Shown: positions 8,309 through 18,067 of the stretch, piece by piece
Layout: each line of letters begins with the position of its first letter
Position numbering within the stretch: the first letter of the stretch is position 1
The notes under the pieces: generated by a model
Seen by the model: the letters and a program-made list of their open reading frames with translations, nothing else
Told to the model about the DNA's origin: nothing
Database searches by the model: none
NCBI GenBank assembly: GCA_002753335.1
Contig: PEAD01000002.1
Coordinates: 1 to 64,000, forward strand
Direction: 5' to 3'
From: Nitrospirae bacterium MYbin3
GTDB taxonomy: Bacteria; Nitrospirota; Thermodesulfovibrionia; Thermodesulfovibrionales; Dissulfurispiraceae
Length of the DNA stretch: 64,000 nt
Program-made: the position numbers and the translations under genes

Positions 8309-8749
8309 TTAACGCATATTGCACTTGGTGCCGCAATGCTTCCAGAGGGGCTTCAAATCGGCGTCTCTGAACAGTATAGTCTTATCCGAATCAGCATATT
8401 TTATCTGCCGTGCAATTATATACAGAACCCCGTCTTTGCTTAGGTATCTGGATCCTGTAACCTCTACAGATGTTTGTGGCTTGAATGATATGTCTTGTTC
8501 TGCAAGGTACCAGGGCGGCCCCGTAATTACCTTATAGCTTTTGCCTTCGGCCGCAACAACGAGGATTATCGGGCCTCTATCCCTGCTTAGGGTTTCTTTG
8601 AGCTTTCCTTTTATGGTTATCTCGGTATTTTCGTCATAGCCTTCTCCTTGAATATCTGCCGCAAACAGCGATCCGGCCGAGGATATCAGGCAAAAAGCTG
8701 TTGCCAGCATAGTTGCAAAATAGACAAGCAGACTGTTTTTAGATTTCAT
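8309..8749 (-). CDS. Exported OB-fold-like protein (MamS/MamX-domain-like)
   Basis: Signal peptide; GPPWYL...VEVTGS...LFRD...PLW pattern. Confidence 0.65.
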   Translation of the reverse strand: MKSKNSLLVYFATMLATAFCLISSAGSLFAADIQGEGYDENTEITIKGKLKETLSRDRGPIILVVAAEGKSYKVITGPPWYLAEQDISFKPQTSVEVTGSRYLSKDGVLYIIARQIKYADSDKTILFRDADLKPLWKHCGTKCNMR

Positions 8750-9099
8750 TTTCCCATACGCCTCATGCCTTTGGGGCTATCATCCCCAGAGCATGAATAT
8801 GAAATTACAATACTTGAATTGTCAAGCAAGGCCTCAAGAGAGAGTGCATCTTTTTTATATGCTAGCATGCTTATGGCACCGTCATTGCTGAATCCCACCG
8901 GTTTCCCGAATTTTTTTTCCAGTTCCTCCCGGCTTGTCTGTCCCGGTTTTATGGTTTCGCATTCTGAGAGGTCTGCTTTTTGTGCAGAGGTGAATAAATT
9001 TTTCATTCCACCACCGCCTCCTAAAATCATGCCAGGACCTATACATCCGGATAAGGATAGCGTTAAAATAATCGATACGGTAATTGTAAAAATATTCAT
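8746..9099 (-). CDS. Lipoprotein, SmpA/OmlA-like
   Basis: Lipobox LSGC; IKPGQTSREELEKKFGKP motif. Confidence 0.65.
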   Translation of the reverse strand: MNIFTITVSIILTLSLSGCIGPGMILGGGGGMKNLFTSAQKADLSECETIKPGQTSREELEKKFGKPVGFSNDGAISMLAYKKDALSLEALLDNSSIVISYSCSGDDSPKGMRRMGK

Positions 9100-9192
9100 G
9101 TTAAATATTCCTTATCATAATTATGAACGGTAATAGAGAGGCAGGGTATATGGTTGTCTCACACCCTGCCTCTTCGTGGTTAATAATAACTA

Positions 9193-9633
9193 CTACTGCC
9201 TTTTGCTTTTTATGTTTTTCCCTGACTTGCCATAATCACCCACATCACAACAACTTCCGCACGAGCCGCAGCCTCTACTTTTGCCGCAATAGCCCTGTCC
9301 CATGCCTTGAACGCCAGATTCTTTGGCTTTTTTCTGCATCTCGGTGCGAATATCAACAATCTGTTTTTCTTTGTCCGCTATCGCCTTCCAATCAGGATTA
9401 GTCTGCGCTCTAAGTTCAGAAAGTTCTGTTCTAACTTCCATCATCTTCTGCCTTAACTGAAGTGTCTCCCTCTGAAACTTAGCAAATTGCTGAGTCTGTT
9501 CAGGAGTCTGGTTAGTCTGTGAAACGCAGCCCGGCCCTGAGCCCATGCCTCCGCAAGGACCTACCGCCATCGCACCTGTGACTAAAGCTACAGCCAAAAC
9601 CATGGCCAAACCTATTATTGTTATCTTTTTCAT
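9193..9633 (-). CDS. Periplasmic Spy/CpxP/ZraP-family protein with Cys-rich tail
   Basis: Signal peptide, QTPEQ and helical NPD motifs; GGAGG RBS before ATG at 9633. Confidence 0.8.
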   Translation of the reverse strand: MKKITIIGLAMVLAVALVTGAMAVGPCGGMGSGPGCVSQTNQTPEQTQQFAKFQRETLQLRQKMMEVRTELSELRAQTNPDWKAIADKEKQIVDIRTEMQKKAKESGVQGMGQGYCGKSRGCGSCGSCCDVGDYGKSGKNIKSKRQ

Positions 9634-9682
9634 GTTTTTCACCTCCTTTCAAAAAATGTTTTTATCAGCTTAATTTGTTAAT

Positions 9683-9699
9683 TGCAAAATGCATACCTG
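9683..9699 (-). promoter_or_regulatory. Sigma-54 (-24/-12) promoter of the zraP-like operon
   Basis: Minus-strand CAGGTATGCATTTTGCA, i.e. GG-N10-GC. Confidence 0.7.
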
Positions 9700-9751
9700 T
9701 TTTAACCCGTTGTATTTCGGGCGTTTGCAATGCCTAAGCTCTTTAACTAGG

Positions 9752-9784
9752 TGCAAATTTTGCATTTAACGCGCAATTATTGCA
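9752..9784. promoter_or_regulatory. Tandem palindromic enhancer (UAS) sites
   Basis: TGCAAATTTTGCA (9752-9764) and CGCAATTATTGCA (9772-9784), 20 bp apart. Confidence 0.65.
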
Positions 9785-9865
9785 TCTTGCAGATGCCAAC
9801 CCTTTTTAGTATAGTTATGTAAGGCATAGACTTGCACAAAGCATTTCTTAGGCATAGGAGCTAAT

Positions 9866-11224
9866 CTGAACGATTTCCGCAAAGAATATGATTCTATCGG
9901 TGAAGTGAGTGTTCCTATAGATATGCTTTATGGAGCACAGACACAGAGAGCAATAGACAACTTCAAGATAAGCGGCATAAGATTTCCGCGTATTTTTATT
10001 TGTTCGATAAGCTTAATTAAGGCGGCTGCAGCTGAGGTTAACTCAGAGCTTGGATTGCTTGATAACAGCCTTTCAGAGGCGATAAAAGCTGCGGCTGATG
10101 AAGCTGCTTCAGGTTTGTGGGATGTTCAATTTCCTGTGGATGTTTTTCAGACAGGATCAGGCACCAGCACAAATATGAACGCCAATGAAGTGATAGCAAA
10201 CAGGGCGATGCAGATACTTGGCGGGGGTATTAAGGTGCATCCTCATGACCATGTGAACAGATGCCAGTCTTCAAACGATGTGATACCTTCGGCGCTGACC
10301 ATAAGCGCATATTTAGAAGTCAGAGATAATCTTCTGCCCGCATTAAAGGCGCTCTCGGCCTCTTTTAGTGACAGGGCTGCAGAATTTAAAGATGTAATAA
10401 AAACCGGCCGAACTCATCTTATGGATGCGGTTCCTCTTGCAATGGGGCAGGAGATAGGAGGATGGGCTTTTCAGGTGGATCAATGCATCGAAAGGGTTTC
10501 ATCCTGCCTGCCACGCCTTGCTATGCTTGCAATTGGCGGCACCGCAGTCGGTACAGGAATGAACGCACATCCTGAGTTCGGCAAAAAGATGGCAGCAAAA
10601 CTTTCTGTAATGACAGGACTGCCGCTGGTCGAGAGCCCTAACCATTTTGCAACCCAGTCCTCTATGGATGCTGCTTCAGAGCTGAGCGGACATTTAAAAG
10701 TTTCGGCTTCATGCATCTTAAAAATTGCTAATGACATTAGGTGGATGTCCAGCGGGCCTGTAGCAGGATTGAACGAGATAAGCCTGCCTTCGCTTCAACC
10801 CGGATCGAGCATTATGGGAGGCAAGATAAATCCTGTGGTCTGCGAAGCTGTTATGATGGCCTGTGTGCAGATTATCGCAAATGATACTGCCGTGGCAATC
10901 GCAAATTCATTCGGAAATTTTCAGCTAAATACAATGATGCCGCTTATAGCGCATAATCTTTTAGAGTCATTAACACTTTTGGGCAGCAGTGCGGCAATGC
11001 TTTCGGAGAAGGTATCAAAAGGCTTTGAGGTAAACAGCGAGAGGCTTGCCTTGGTGTTTGAACAGAATGCTATTATGGCAACAGCGTTGACCCCTGTAAT
11101 AGGATATGAAATGACAGCTAAAATTGTAGAAAAAGCGCGGGCAGAAGGCCGCCCGTTTAAGCAGGTTGCAGCCGAGGTGTCCGGGATGCCGGAATCCGAG
11201 ATAGAGAAAATTCTCTCCCGATAA
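9866..11224 (+). CDS. fumC: Class II fumarate hydratase/aspartase-family lyase
   Basis: FQTGSGTSTNMNANEV, KTGRTHLMDA and GSSIMxGKINP motifs; conserved N-terminus FRKEYDSIGEV extends the ORF to CTG at 9866. Confidence 0.88.
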   Translation: MNDFRKEYDSIGEVSVPIDMLYGAQTQRAIDNFKISGIRFPRIFICSISLIKAAAAEVNSELGLLDNSLSEAIKAAADEAASGLWDVQFPVDVFQTGSGTSTNMNANEVIANRAMQILGGGIKVHPHDHVNRCQSSNDVIPSALTISAYLEVRDNLLPALKALSASFSDRAAEFKDVIKTGRTHLMDAVPLAMGQEIGGWAFQVDQCIERVSSCLPRLAMLAIGGTAVGTGMNAHPEFGKKMAAKLSVMTGLPLVESPNHFATQSSMDAASELSGHLKVSASCILKIANDIRWMSSGPVAGLNEISLPSLQPGSSIMGGKINPVVCEAVMMACVQIIANDTAVAIANSFGNFQLNTMMPLIAHNLLESLTLLGSSAAMLSEKVSKGFEVNSERLALVFEQNAIMATALTPVIGYEMTAKIVEKARAEGRPFKQVAAEVSGMPESEIEKILSR

Positions 11225-11246
11225 AAACCTAACAAAGAGGACTGTT

Positions 11247-12551
11247 GTGTTTACGTTGAGATTAAATGACAAACCCAGAATTTATATTCTTTTGCTGTGT
11301 TCGATAGCAACTGCGGTGACGCTTATAAGCTCTTATCTCACATATATGAATGCTTTGTCTGCAGCCAAAGATTCGCTGAAGCTTCAGGCTCTCGGAATAG
11401 GCGTGAGCCTTGAAGCGGTATTGAAAGACAGCTACGGCTGGGTTGCGGCCGGGACTAAGAAAAATATTTTCGGTGAGGTAATAGCGGATGGAAGCCAGAG
11501 AGGTATAGCATATATAGCTCTTTACAATAATAAGGGTACGACGCTTATGCATTCCAATGATAGATTGGTCGGGCGAATAGTCTCGGACAACGTCATAGCC
11601 GAGGTTGCACAAAGAGGCAATCCTTTTTACCGTCAAGCTGAGCTTGCCACAGGCGAGGAAGTTTTTATTATGGACTTTCCGGTTCATATCAAATCAGAAG
11701 CTTTTGTACTAAGAATAGCGCTTCATACGTATCCGGCTGAGGCGGCTGTGCGGCAGGCAAACCTGCAGCTTGTGAGCGTTGCGGGCATAATAATTGTGCT
11801 GTGGATTGCAGGGTTTCTTTTTATCAGGGCGGCTGAACGCTCCGAAAGGCTGGAAGCTGACTTGAGACAAAAAGCGAGGCTGGCTATGCTTGGCGAAATG
11901 GCCTCGGTGCTTGCGCATGAGATTCGAAACCCTCTGGGCAGTATAAAAGGGTTTGCCCAGTATTTAATCGAAGAATCAGAAAATATCGGCAGCCAAGAGA
12001 GCTTGGAAAAATACAATAAAATATTGAAGGAGCAGCTTGGAATTGTTGTTGATGAGTCAGGAAGGCTCGAAAAGCTGACCGAAGACCTTCTCCTTTATGC
12101 TCGTCCTGTTGAGGTCAGACCTGAGGAGTTTACCCTCAAGGCGCTCGTTGATGAATCTGTCAGTGCCATGACCAGTCAGGGCAACATTGATCTGCTGATT
12201 TCTGTTCCCGAAGATATACGGATTACAACCGACAGGGACAAGCTGAGGCAGATAATTTCGAATCTTATCCAAAACGCGGCTGATGCGGCATCAGACAATG
12301 GAATTTTGGAGATCAGCGCAAAACTCTCAGGAAACAAAGTATTAATTTCTTTCAAAGACAACGGTTGTGGAATGAACAATGATATTGTGGTAAAAGCATT
12401 TGACCCGTTTTTTACTACCAAGGCAAAGGGCACTGGGCTTGGGCTTACTATAGTCGGGAGGCTGACCTCTGCGCTGTCCGGTTCTATAGAGATCCAAAGC
12501 AAGACAGGACGCGGCACTATAGTGATCATAACGCTACCGAGCAAACTATAA
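11247..12551 (+). CDS. Sensor histidine kinase (ZraS-like)
   Basis: Two TM helices, AHEIRNPL H-box, DNGCG and FFTTKAKGTGLGL motifs. Confidence 0.92.
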   Translation: MFTLRLNDKPRIYILLLCSIATAVTLISSYLTYMNALSAAKDSLKLQALGIGVSLEAVLKDSYGWVAAGTKKNIFGEVIADGSQRGIAYIALYNNKGTTLMHSNDRLVGRIVSDNVIAEVAQRGNPFYRQAELATGEEVFIMDFPVHIKSEAFVLRIALHTYPAEAAVRQANLQLVSVAGIIIVLWIAGFLFIRAAERSERLEADLRQKARLAMLGEMASVLAHEIRNPLGSIKGFAQYLIEESENIGSQESLEKYNKILKEQLGIVVDESGRLEKLTEDLLLYARPVEVRPEEFTLKALVDESVSAMTSQGNIDLLISVPEDIRITTDRDKLRQIISNLIQNAADAASDNGILEISAKLSGNKVLISFKDNGCGMNNDIVVKAFDPFFTTKAKGTGLGLTIVGRLTSALSGSIEIQSKTGRGTIVIITLPSKL

Positions 12552-12569
12552 AACCAACTATAATAGGAA

Positions 12570-13901
12570 ATGACCAATAACGAATTTAGGATACTTGTTG
12601 TTGATGACGAGAAGTCGTTTCTTCTTTTGCTCACCAAAATACTTGAGAATGAAGGGTATGCGGTAAAGGGGGTAGTTGATCCGAAAGCTGCTCTGAAAAT
12701 TGCCGATAATTTCATGCCGCATCTTGTGATAACCGACATGAGAATGCCCGAGATGGATGGGCTTGCGCTTATGAACTCGATATCAGGCAAAAACTCAGCA
12801 ACAGAGTTCATCATGATAACAGCATTTGCAACGGTTGAAGGGGCGGTTGATGTTATTAAAAAGGGGGCGGTTGATTACATAACGAAGCCTCTGAAGAATC
12901 CTGAACAGCTGAGAACTGTTGTGGCCAAAGTTTACGAAAGATATAGAAGCCTGAGCGGGGCGGCCGAAAATGAAAGCTTTAAGGACCTGCCCCCTATGGA
13001 AATAATTTTTGCCGGAATGAATGATGTTTTGAAAGAGATAAAACATGTTGCTGCGACCGATGCATCCGTTATCCTTTATGGAGAAACAGGAACCGGTAAA
13101 AGCCTGATAGCAAAAACTATCCATGGGCTCAGCGGAAGGGAAGGCTCTTTTGTTGATATTAATTGCGCGGCGATTCCTGAGAATCTTCTGGAGTCTGAGC
13201 TTTTCGGGTACGAAAAAGGTGCTTTTACCGGCGCGGTCACATCCAAGAAGGGTAGATTCGAGATGGCTAATGAGGGCACCATCTTTTTGGATGAAGTTTC
13301 GGAGATGAGCATTATGCTTCAAGCCAAGCTGCTTAAGGTTTTGCAGGAAAAAACTTTTGAGAGGCTGGGTTCGGTCAACACACTCAAAAGCAACGCCAGA
13401 GTTATTGCTGCGACTAACAGAAACCTTTCTGAACTGGTGTCAGAAAAAAAGTTTAGAGAAGACCTTTATTACAGGCTGAATGTATTTCCAATAAACATAC
13501 CGCCGCTTAGAGACAGAAAAGAACATATCGCTTCGATTGCGTCTTTTATAATACAGGCAGTTGCAAAGCGATTTGGCAAAAATATAAGGGGATTGACCGC
13601 TGAATCGCTTGGCCGGCTTGCTGTATACCCATGGCCCGGCAACGTACGCGAGCTTGAGAACCACATAGAGCGGGGGGTTATTATGACCAAGGGGCAGGAG
13701 TTCTCATTGCCTGAATTCAGCTCCACCGAAATGTCCAATCTTGAGAAAACAAAAGAGACCGACCTTAGGAGCGTCGAAAAGGTTGCGATCGAAAAGGCGC
13801 TGATAAAAACGGACAGTAACAGGAAAAAGGCGGCCGAACTGCTCGGAATATCCCTGCGAGCGCTGCAGTATAAGATAAAAGAATACGGGATTAATCTCTA
13901 G
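12570..13901 (+). CDS. Sigma-54-dependent response regulator (ZraR/NtrC-like)
   Basis: Receiver domain, GETGTGKS, GAFTGA and Fis-type HTH. Confidence 0.95.
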   Translation: MTNNEFRILVVDDEKSFLLLLTKILENEGYAVKGVVDPKAALKIADNFMPHLVITDMRMPEMDGLALMNSISGKNSATEFIMITAFATVEGAVDVIKKGAVDYITKPLKNPEQLRTVVAKVYERYRSLSGAAENESFKDLPPMEIIFAGMNDVLKEIKHVAATDASVILYGETGTGKSLIAKTIHGLSGREGSFVDINCAAIPENLLESELFGYEKGAFTGAVTSKKGRFEMANEGTIFLDEVSEMSIMLQAKLLKVLQEKTFERLGSVNTLKSNARVIAATNRNLSELVSEKKFREDLYYRLNVFPINIPPLRDRKEHIASIASFIIQAVAKRFGKNIRGLTAESLGRLAVYPWPGNVRELENHIERGVIMTKGQEFSLPEFSSTEMSNLEKTKETDLRSVEKVAIEKALIKTDSNRKKAAELLGISLRALQYKIKEYGINL

Positions 13902-13970
13902 ATCCGGTAATTGCAGCAAAAAATAGAGTTGTGATAGAATTTCATCTTTATTAAATCTCGGGCGGGGTAT

Positions 13971-14552
13971 ATGAGCACTACAAACATACTGTTTTCAGGA
14001 GTTGGCGGCCAAGGTATAATCTTGGCTAGCAGGCTTGTTGCAAAATGCGCCTTCAATGCAGGCATTATGGTCAAAGAAAGCGAGCTGCACGGCATGGCGC
14101 AGAGGGGCGGAAGCGTTGTAAGCCATGTGCGCTATGGAGATGAAGTGAACTCTCCTCTTATTCCGGCAGGACATGCCGACGTTCTTGTTGCGATGGAAGA
14201 GCTTGAAGGTCTGCGTTACACACATTTCTTAAAAGAGGGCGGCAAGGTGATATTAAATCTCAGAAAGATTCCGCCGCCGAACATTAATCCCTCAACGCCT
14301 TATCCGGATGACGCTCCGGCGAGGCTTGCATCGATGGGTTTTGGTGTCGTTACTCTTGATGCAATGGCTATTGCCAAGGATTGCGGCACACCCAAGGCCG
14401 AAAACATAGTGTTGGTAGGCGCTCTCTCGAACTATCTTGCTTTTGATACACCGCTATGGGAAGAAACAATTAAAGAATCTGTTCCGGCAAAATTTCTGGA
14501 TGCCAACCTTACCGCATTCCATAAAGGCCGAGAAACAACCGCCTTCAAATAA
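13971..14552 (+). CDS. iorB: Indolepyruvate ferredoxin oxidoreductase beta subunit
   Basis: GVGGQGIILAS and HGMAQRGGSV motifs. Confidence 0.9.
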   Translation: MSTTNILFSGVGGQGIILASRLVAKCAFNAGIMVKESELHGMAQRGGSVVSHVRYGDEVNSPLIPAGHADVLVAMEELEGLRYTHFLKEGGKVILNLRKIPPPNINPSTPYPDDAPARLASMGFGVVTLDAMAIAKDCGTPKAENIVLVGALSNYLAFDTPLWEETIKESVPAKFLDANLTAFHKGRETTAFK

Positions 14553-14557
14553 TTAAG

Positions 14558-15850
14558 ATGTTCTGGCAGCAGGATTTAGAGACCATAGACCGCAAGAGGC
14601 TTGAAGAAGTTCAGACAGGCCGCCTGCAGGACACTGTGCAGCGAATCTGGGACAATGTACCATTTTATCGGGACAGGATAAATTCAGCCGGAACAAAACC
14701 TGAAGATATAAAATCAGTATCCGATATAAAAAAGCTGCCGTTCACCTCAAGAGAGGACCTTCTTAAAAACTATCCTTTCGGACTAGTGGCGGTGCCGCGT
14801 GAAAGCATCGTCAGGGTTCATACTTCGAGCGGCACTACCGGCAAACCCAAGGCTATATTCTTTACTAAAAACGACATTGATAGAGGCGCTGAGCTTATTT
14901 CTCGCTGTCTTGTAATGACCGGAATGAGAAAAAATGATGTGCTGCAGAATATGATGACCTATGGTCTTTTCACCGGAGCGCTTGTCATGCATTACGGGGC
15001 CGAAAAAGTGGGAGTTCTTGTAGTGCCTTCAGGCCCGGGCAATACCGACAGGCAGATAGCTTTGATGCAGGATTTCAAAACTACCGCTATTCATATCACT
15101 CCGAGTTATGCCCTGTATCTCTCGAATGTTTTTATTCGCAAAGGAATAGATCCCCGGAAAGATTTAAATCTGAAGAGGGCTTATTTGGGGGCAGAACCGT
15201 ACTCGGAAGAGACGCGGAAAAAAATCGAGGAATTTTTTGGCATAGACGTATTCAATTCCTACGGCCTCTCCGAGATGAACGGCCCGGGCGTCGCGTTTGA
15301 GTGTCAGGAGAAAAACGGCATGCATCTTTGGGAGGACAACTTCCTGCTCGAAATAATAGACCCTGCAACTGGCGAGCAGGTTTCTGACGGAGAACGGGGA
15401 GAGATGGTCCTCACATCATTATGCCGAGAAGGCATGCCGATAATAAGGTATAGAACAAGAGACCTTGCATCAGTAATGCCGGGGAAATGCCCATGCGGCA
15501 GAACCCATCGCAGAATCACACGTATCACCGGCAGGACCGATGACATGTTTATCGTAAAAGGCGTTAATATCTTCCCGCAGCAGATAGAAAATGTTTTGAT
15601 GGGCATAAAGGGTGTGGCCCAAAATTACCTGATTGTGCTCGAATCGCTTGACCACATGACTGTTCAGGTCGAAATAGAGAAAGAGTTGTTTGACGGAAAT
15701 GTAACGCATCTGGTCAACCTTCAGAATGCTATTACCGAGAAGCTTAAGAACGAGATACTCGTAAAACCCAAGGTGGAGCTTCACGAACCCGGCAGCCTGC
15801 CGGCAAGTGAAGGAAAGGCCCAAAGGGTTATCGACAACAGAACCCTATAA
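14558..15850 (+). CDS. paaK: Phenylacetate-CoA ligase family protein (copy 1)
   Basis: [21 protein letters not shown] and RYRTRD motifs. Confidence 0.9.
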   Translation: MFWQQDLETIDRKRLEEVQTGRLQDTVQRIWDNVPFYRDRINSAGTKPEDIKSVSDIKKLPFTSREDLLKNYPFGLVAVPRESIVRVHTSSGTTGKPKAIFFTKNDIDRGAELISRCLVMTGMRKNDVLQNMMTYGLFTGALVMHYGAEKVGVLVVPSGPGNTDRQIALMQDFKTTAIHITPSYALYLSNVFIRKGIDPRKDLNLKRAYLGAEPYSEETRKKIEEFFGIDVFNSYGLSEMNGPGVAFECQEKNGMHLWEDNFLLEIIDPATGEQVSDGERGEMVLTSLCREGMPIIRYRTRDLASVMPGKCPCGRTHRRITRITGRTDDMFIVKGVNIFPQQIENVLMGIKGVAQNYLIVLESLDHMTVQVEIEKELFDGNVTHLVNLQNAITEKLKNEILVKPKVELHEPGSLPASEGKAQRVIDNRTL

Positions 15851-15863
15851 CAGGGAGGTGGCT

Positions 15864-16280
15864 ATGGGTGAGCTAAAGCAGTTATCGGTCTTTGCAGAAA
15901 ACAAGCCGGGCAAGATCGAAAAAATCACAAAGGCGCTGGCTGATGCGGGCATAAATATTTTAGCCATATCAATATCAAGCAGCGGTGATTTCGGGGTGAT
16001 TAAATTTATAGTGGATAAATGCGATGATGCTTTGAAGAAACTTAAGGAAGCAGGCTTTACAGCATCTCTGAACGATGTTCTCGGCATCGAGCTTCAGGAC
16101 AGGCCCGGAGGGCTTCACTCTGTTGTTCAGGCGCTCGGGAACCGCAGCATCAATGTCGAAAACGCCCATGTATTTGTTGCAGGATCGAGAGACAGGGCGT
16201 ATCTCATCATAGAAGTTGACGATATAAACCATACCCGGGAACTCCTGAAAAACGATGGTTTGACCTTTTACAACTCGTAA
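15864..16280 (+). CDS. ACT domain protein (copy 1)
   Basis: KQLSVFAENKPG and DRPGGL motifs; GGAGG RBS. Confidence 0.9.
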   Translation: MGELKQLSVFAENKPGKIEKITKALADAGINILAISISSSGDFGVIKFIVDKCDDALKKLKEAGFTASLNDVLGIELQDRPGGLHSVVQALGNRSINVENAHVFVAGSRDRAYLIIEVDDINHTRELLKNDGLTFYNS

Positions 16281-16319
16281 GAGATTTTAGATTAAATTTT
16301 ATTCGCAAGGAGCTTTGAT

Positions 16320-17621
16320 ATGATTTGGGACAAGAAAGCGGAATGCATGACGCAAAAGCAAAGAGAATCTCTTCAGCTTGAGCGGATGCAAAAAACAGTT
16401 AAGTACGTTTATGAAAAAGTGCCGTTTTATAAAAAACGTTTTAATGAGTCGAAAATAAAACCTGCCGAAATAAAGAGCCTTGCCGATATCAGCAAGCTGC
16501 CGTTTACGGCTAAAGCTGATTTAAGGGAGGGCTATCCGTTCGGCATGTTCGCTGTTCCGCGCGAGCAGATAGTCGAGATACACACCTCATCCGGAACCAC
16601 CGGAAAGCCTGTGGTTGCCGGATACACAAGAAACGACCTCGCAATGTGGGGTGAGGTGATGGGGCGCACGCTCACAATGATAGGCGCAAATCAAAATGAT
16701 GTCATACAAAACTGCTACGGATACGGATTATTTACGGGCGGACTCGGTATTCATTACGGGGCACAAAGAATCGGCGCTACGGTTCTGCCGATATCTGCAG
16801 GACAGACCAAGAGGCAGCTTCAGGTTATGCAGGATTTCGGCTCTACGATTCTTACCTGCACCCCGTCTTACGCACTATATCTTGCCGAGGTTGCGGAGGA
16901 AGAAGGCATCACCGCCAAAAAGCTTAAACTGAAGGCGGGTTGTTTTGGGGCAGAGATGTGGACCGAAAAGATAAGAGATGAAATAGAAAAAAGGCTGCAT
17001 CTTACGGCTCTGAACATTTACGGCCTTACAGAAATAATCGGCCCTGGAGTTGCTCAGGAATGTCCTAAAAAGAACGGACTGCATATTGCCGAAGACCATT
17101 TCTATCCTGAGATAATATCTCCTGATACCCTTGAAGTTCTTCCTGAAGGCGAAAAGGGAGAACTGGTGCTAACAGGCATAACTCGCGAAGGAATGCCTAT
17201 GATTCGCTTCCGCACAAAAGATGTAACCGCTCTGCGGCGCGGCAAATGCGGATGCGGTAGAACTCTGGTCAGAATGGACAGGATAACTGGCAGAAGCGAT
17301 GACATGCTCAAGATTAGGGGTGTAATCGTATTCCCGTCGAACATAGAAAAGGCGCTGCTTGAAGTTAAAGGCGTGGAGCCTCACTACCAGATAATAGTTA
17401 CAAGGCCTCAATTCCTTGATGAAATAGAGGTGAAGGTCGAGATAACCAAGAAGATGTTTTCGGACGAAGTGAAACATCTCGAAAAGCTAAAGCAAGAAAT
17501 CGAAGACCATATCGAAGAAAAAATAGGCTTGAGGATAAAAGTAACTCTTGTTGAGCCTAAGAGCCTTCCGCGCAGCGAAGGCAAGGCGCAGCGTGTAGTT
17601 GACATGAGAAACTTTAAATAA
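16320..17621 (+). CDS. paaK: Phenylacetate-CoA ligase family protein (copy 2)
   Basis: [19 protein letters not shown] and YGLTE motifs. Confidence 0.92.
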   Translation: MIWDKKAECMTQKQRESLQLERMQKTVKYVYEKVPFYKKRFNESKIKPAEIKSLADISKLPFTAKADLREGYPFGMFAVPREQIVEIHTSSGTTGKPVVAGYTRNDLAMWGEVMGRTLTMIGANQNDVIQNCYGYGLFTGGLGIHYGAQRIGATVLPISAGQTKRQLQVMQDFGSTILTCTPSYALYLAEVAEEEGITAKKLKLKAGCFGAEMWTEKIRDEIEKRLHLTALNIYGLTEIIGPGVAQECPKKNGLHIAEDHFYPEIISPDTLEVLPEGEKGELVLTGITREGMPMIRFRTKDVTALRRGKCGCGRTLVRMDRITGRSDDMLKIRGVIVFPSNIEKALLEVKGVEPHYQIIVTRPQFLDEIEVKVEITKKMFSDEVKHLEKLKQEIEDHIEEKIGLRIKVTLVEPKSLPRSEGKAQRVVDMRNFK

Positions 17622-17632
17622 GGAGCGATGCT

Positions 17633-18064
17633 ATGAAACTGAAACAGATATCCGTTTTTCTCGAAAACAAAAAGGGGCATCTTCTGGAAGTGCTGAATGT
17701 TCTGTCAAAAGCCAAGATAAATATCCGTGCTCTTTCGATCGCTGACACCTCCGATTTTGGGATTCTGAGGCTTATACTGCCTGACCCTGATAAGGCTGCG
17801 AAGATACTTTCCCAAAACAAAATTACGGTCAAAGAAACCGAGGTTATTGCGGTGGGGGTTTCGGATAAGCCGGGAGGCCTTGCCGAAGCGCTTCAGGCAT
17901 TAAACAGCGCAAACCTGAATCTCGAATATATGTATGCGTTTGTAGCGAAATCAAAGGAAAAAGCGGTCGTTGTCTTCCGCACCGAAAACATTAACGCAGG
18001 AATTAAGGCGCTGAAGAAGGCCGGTATTCCTATGCTGAAAGCTGAAGAAATTTACAGAATTTAA
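17633..18064 (+). CDS. ACT domain protein (copy 2)
   Basis: KQISVFLENKKG, DFGILRL, DKPGGL and EYMYAF motifs. Confidence 0.92.
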   Translation: MKLKQISVFLENKKGHLLEVLNVLSKAKINIRALSIADTSDFGILRLILPDPDKAAKILSQNKITVKETEVIAVGVSDKPGGLAEALQALNSANLNLEYMYAFVAKSKEKAVVVFRTENINAGIKALKKAGIPMLKAEEIYRI

Positions 18065-18067
18065 AGC

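Noticed and set aside
9821..9836. Possible sigma-54 promoter for fumC (AGGCATAGACTTGCA)
   Set aside because: GG-to-GC spacing is 9 nt, not the required 10
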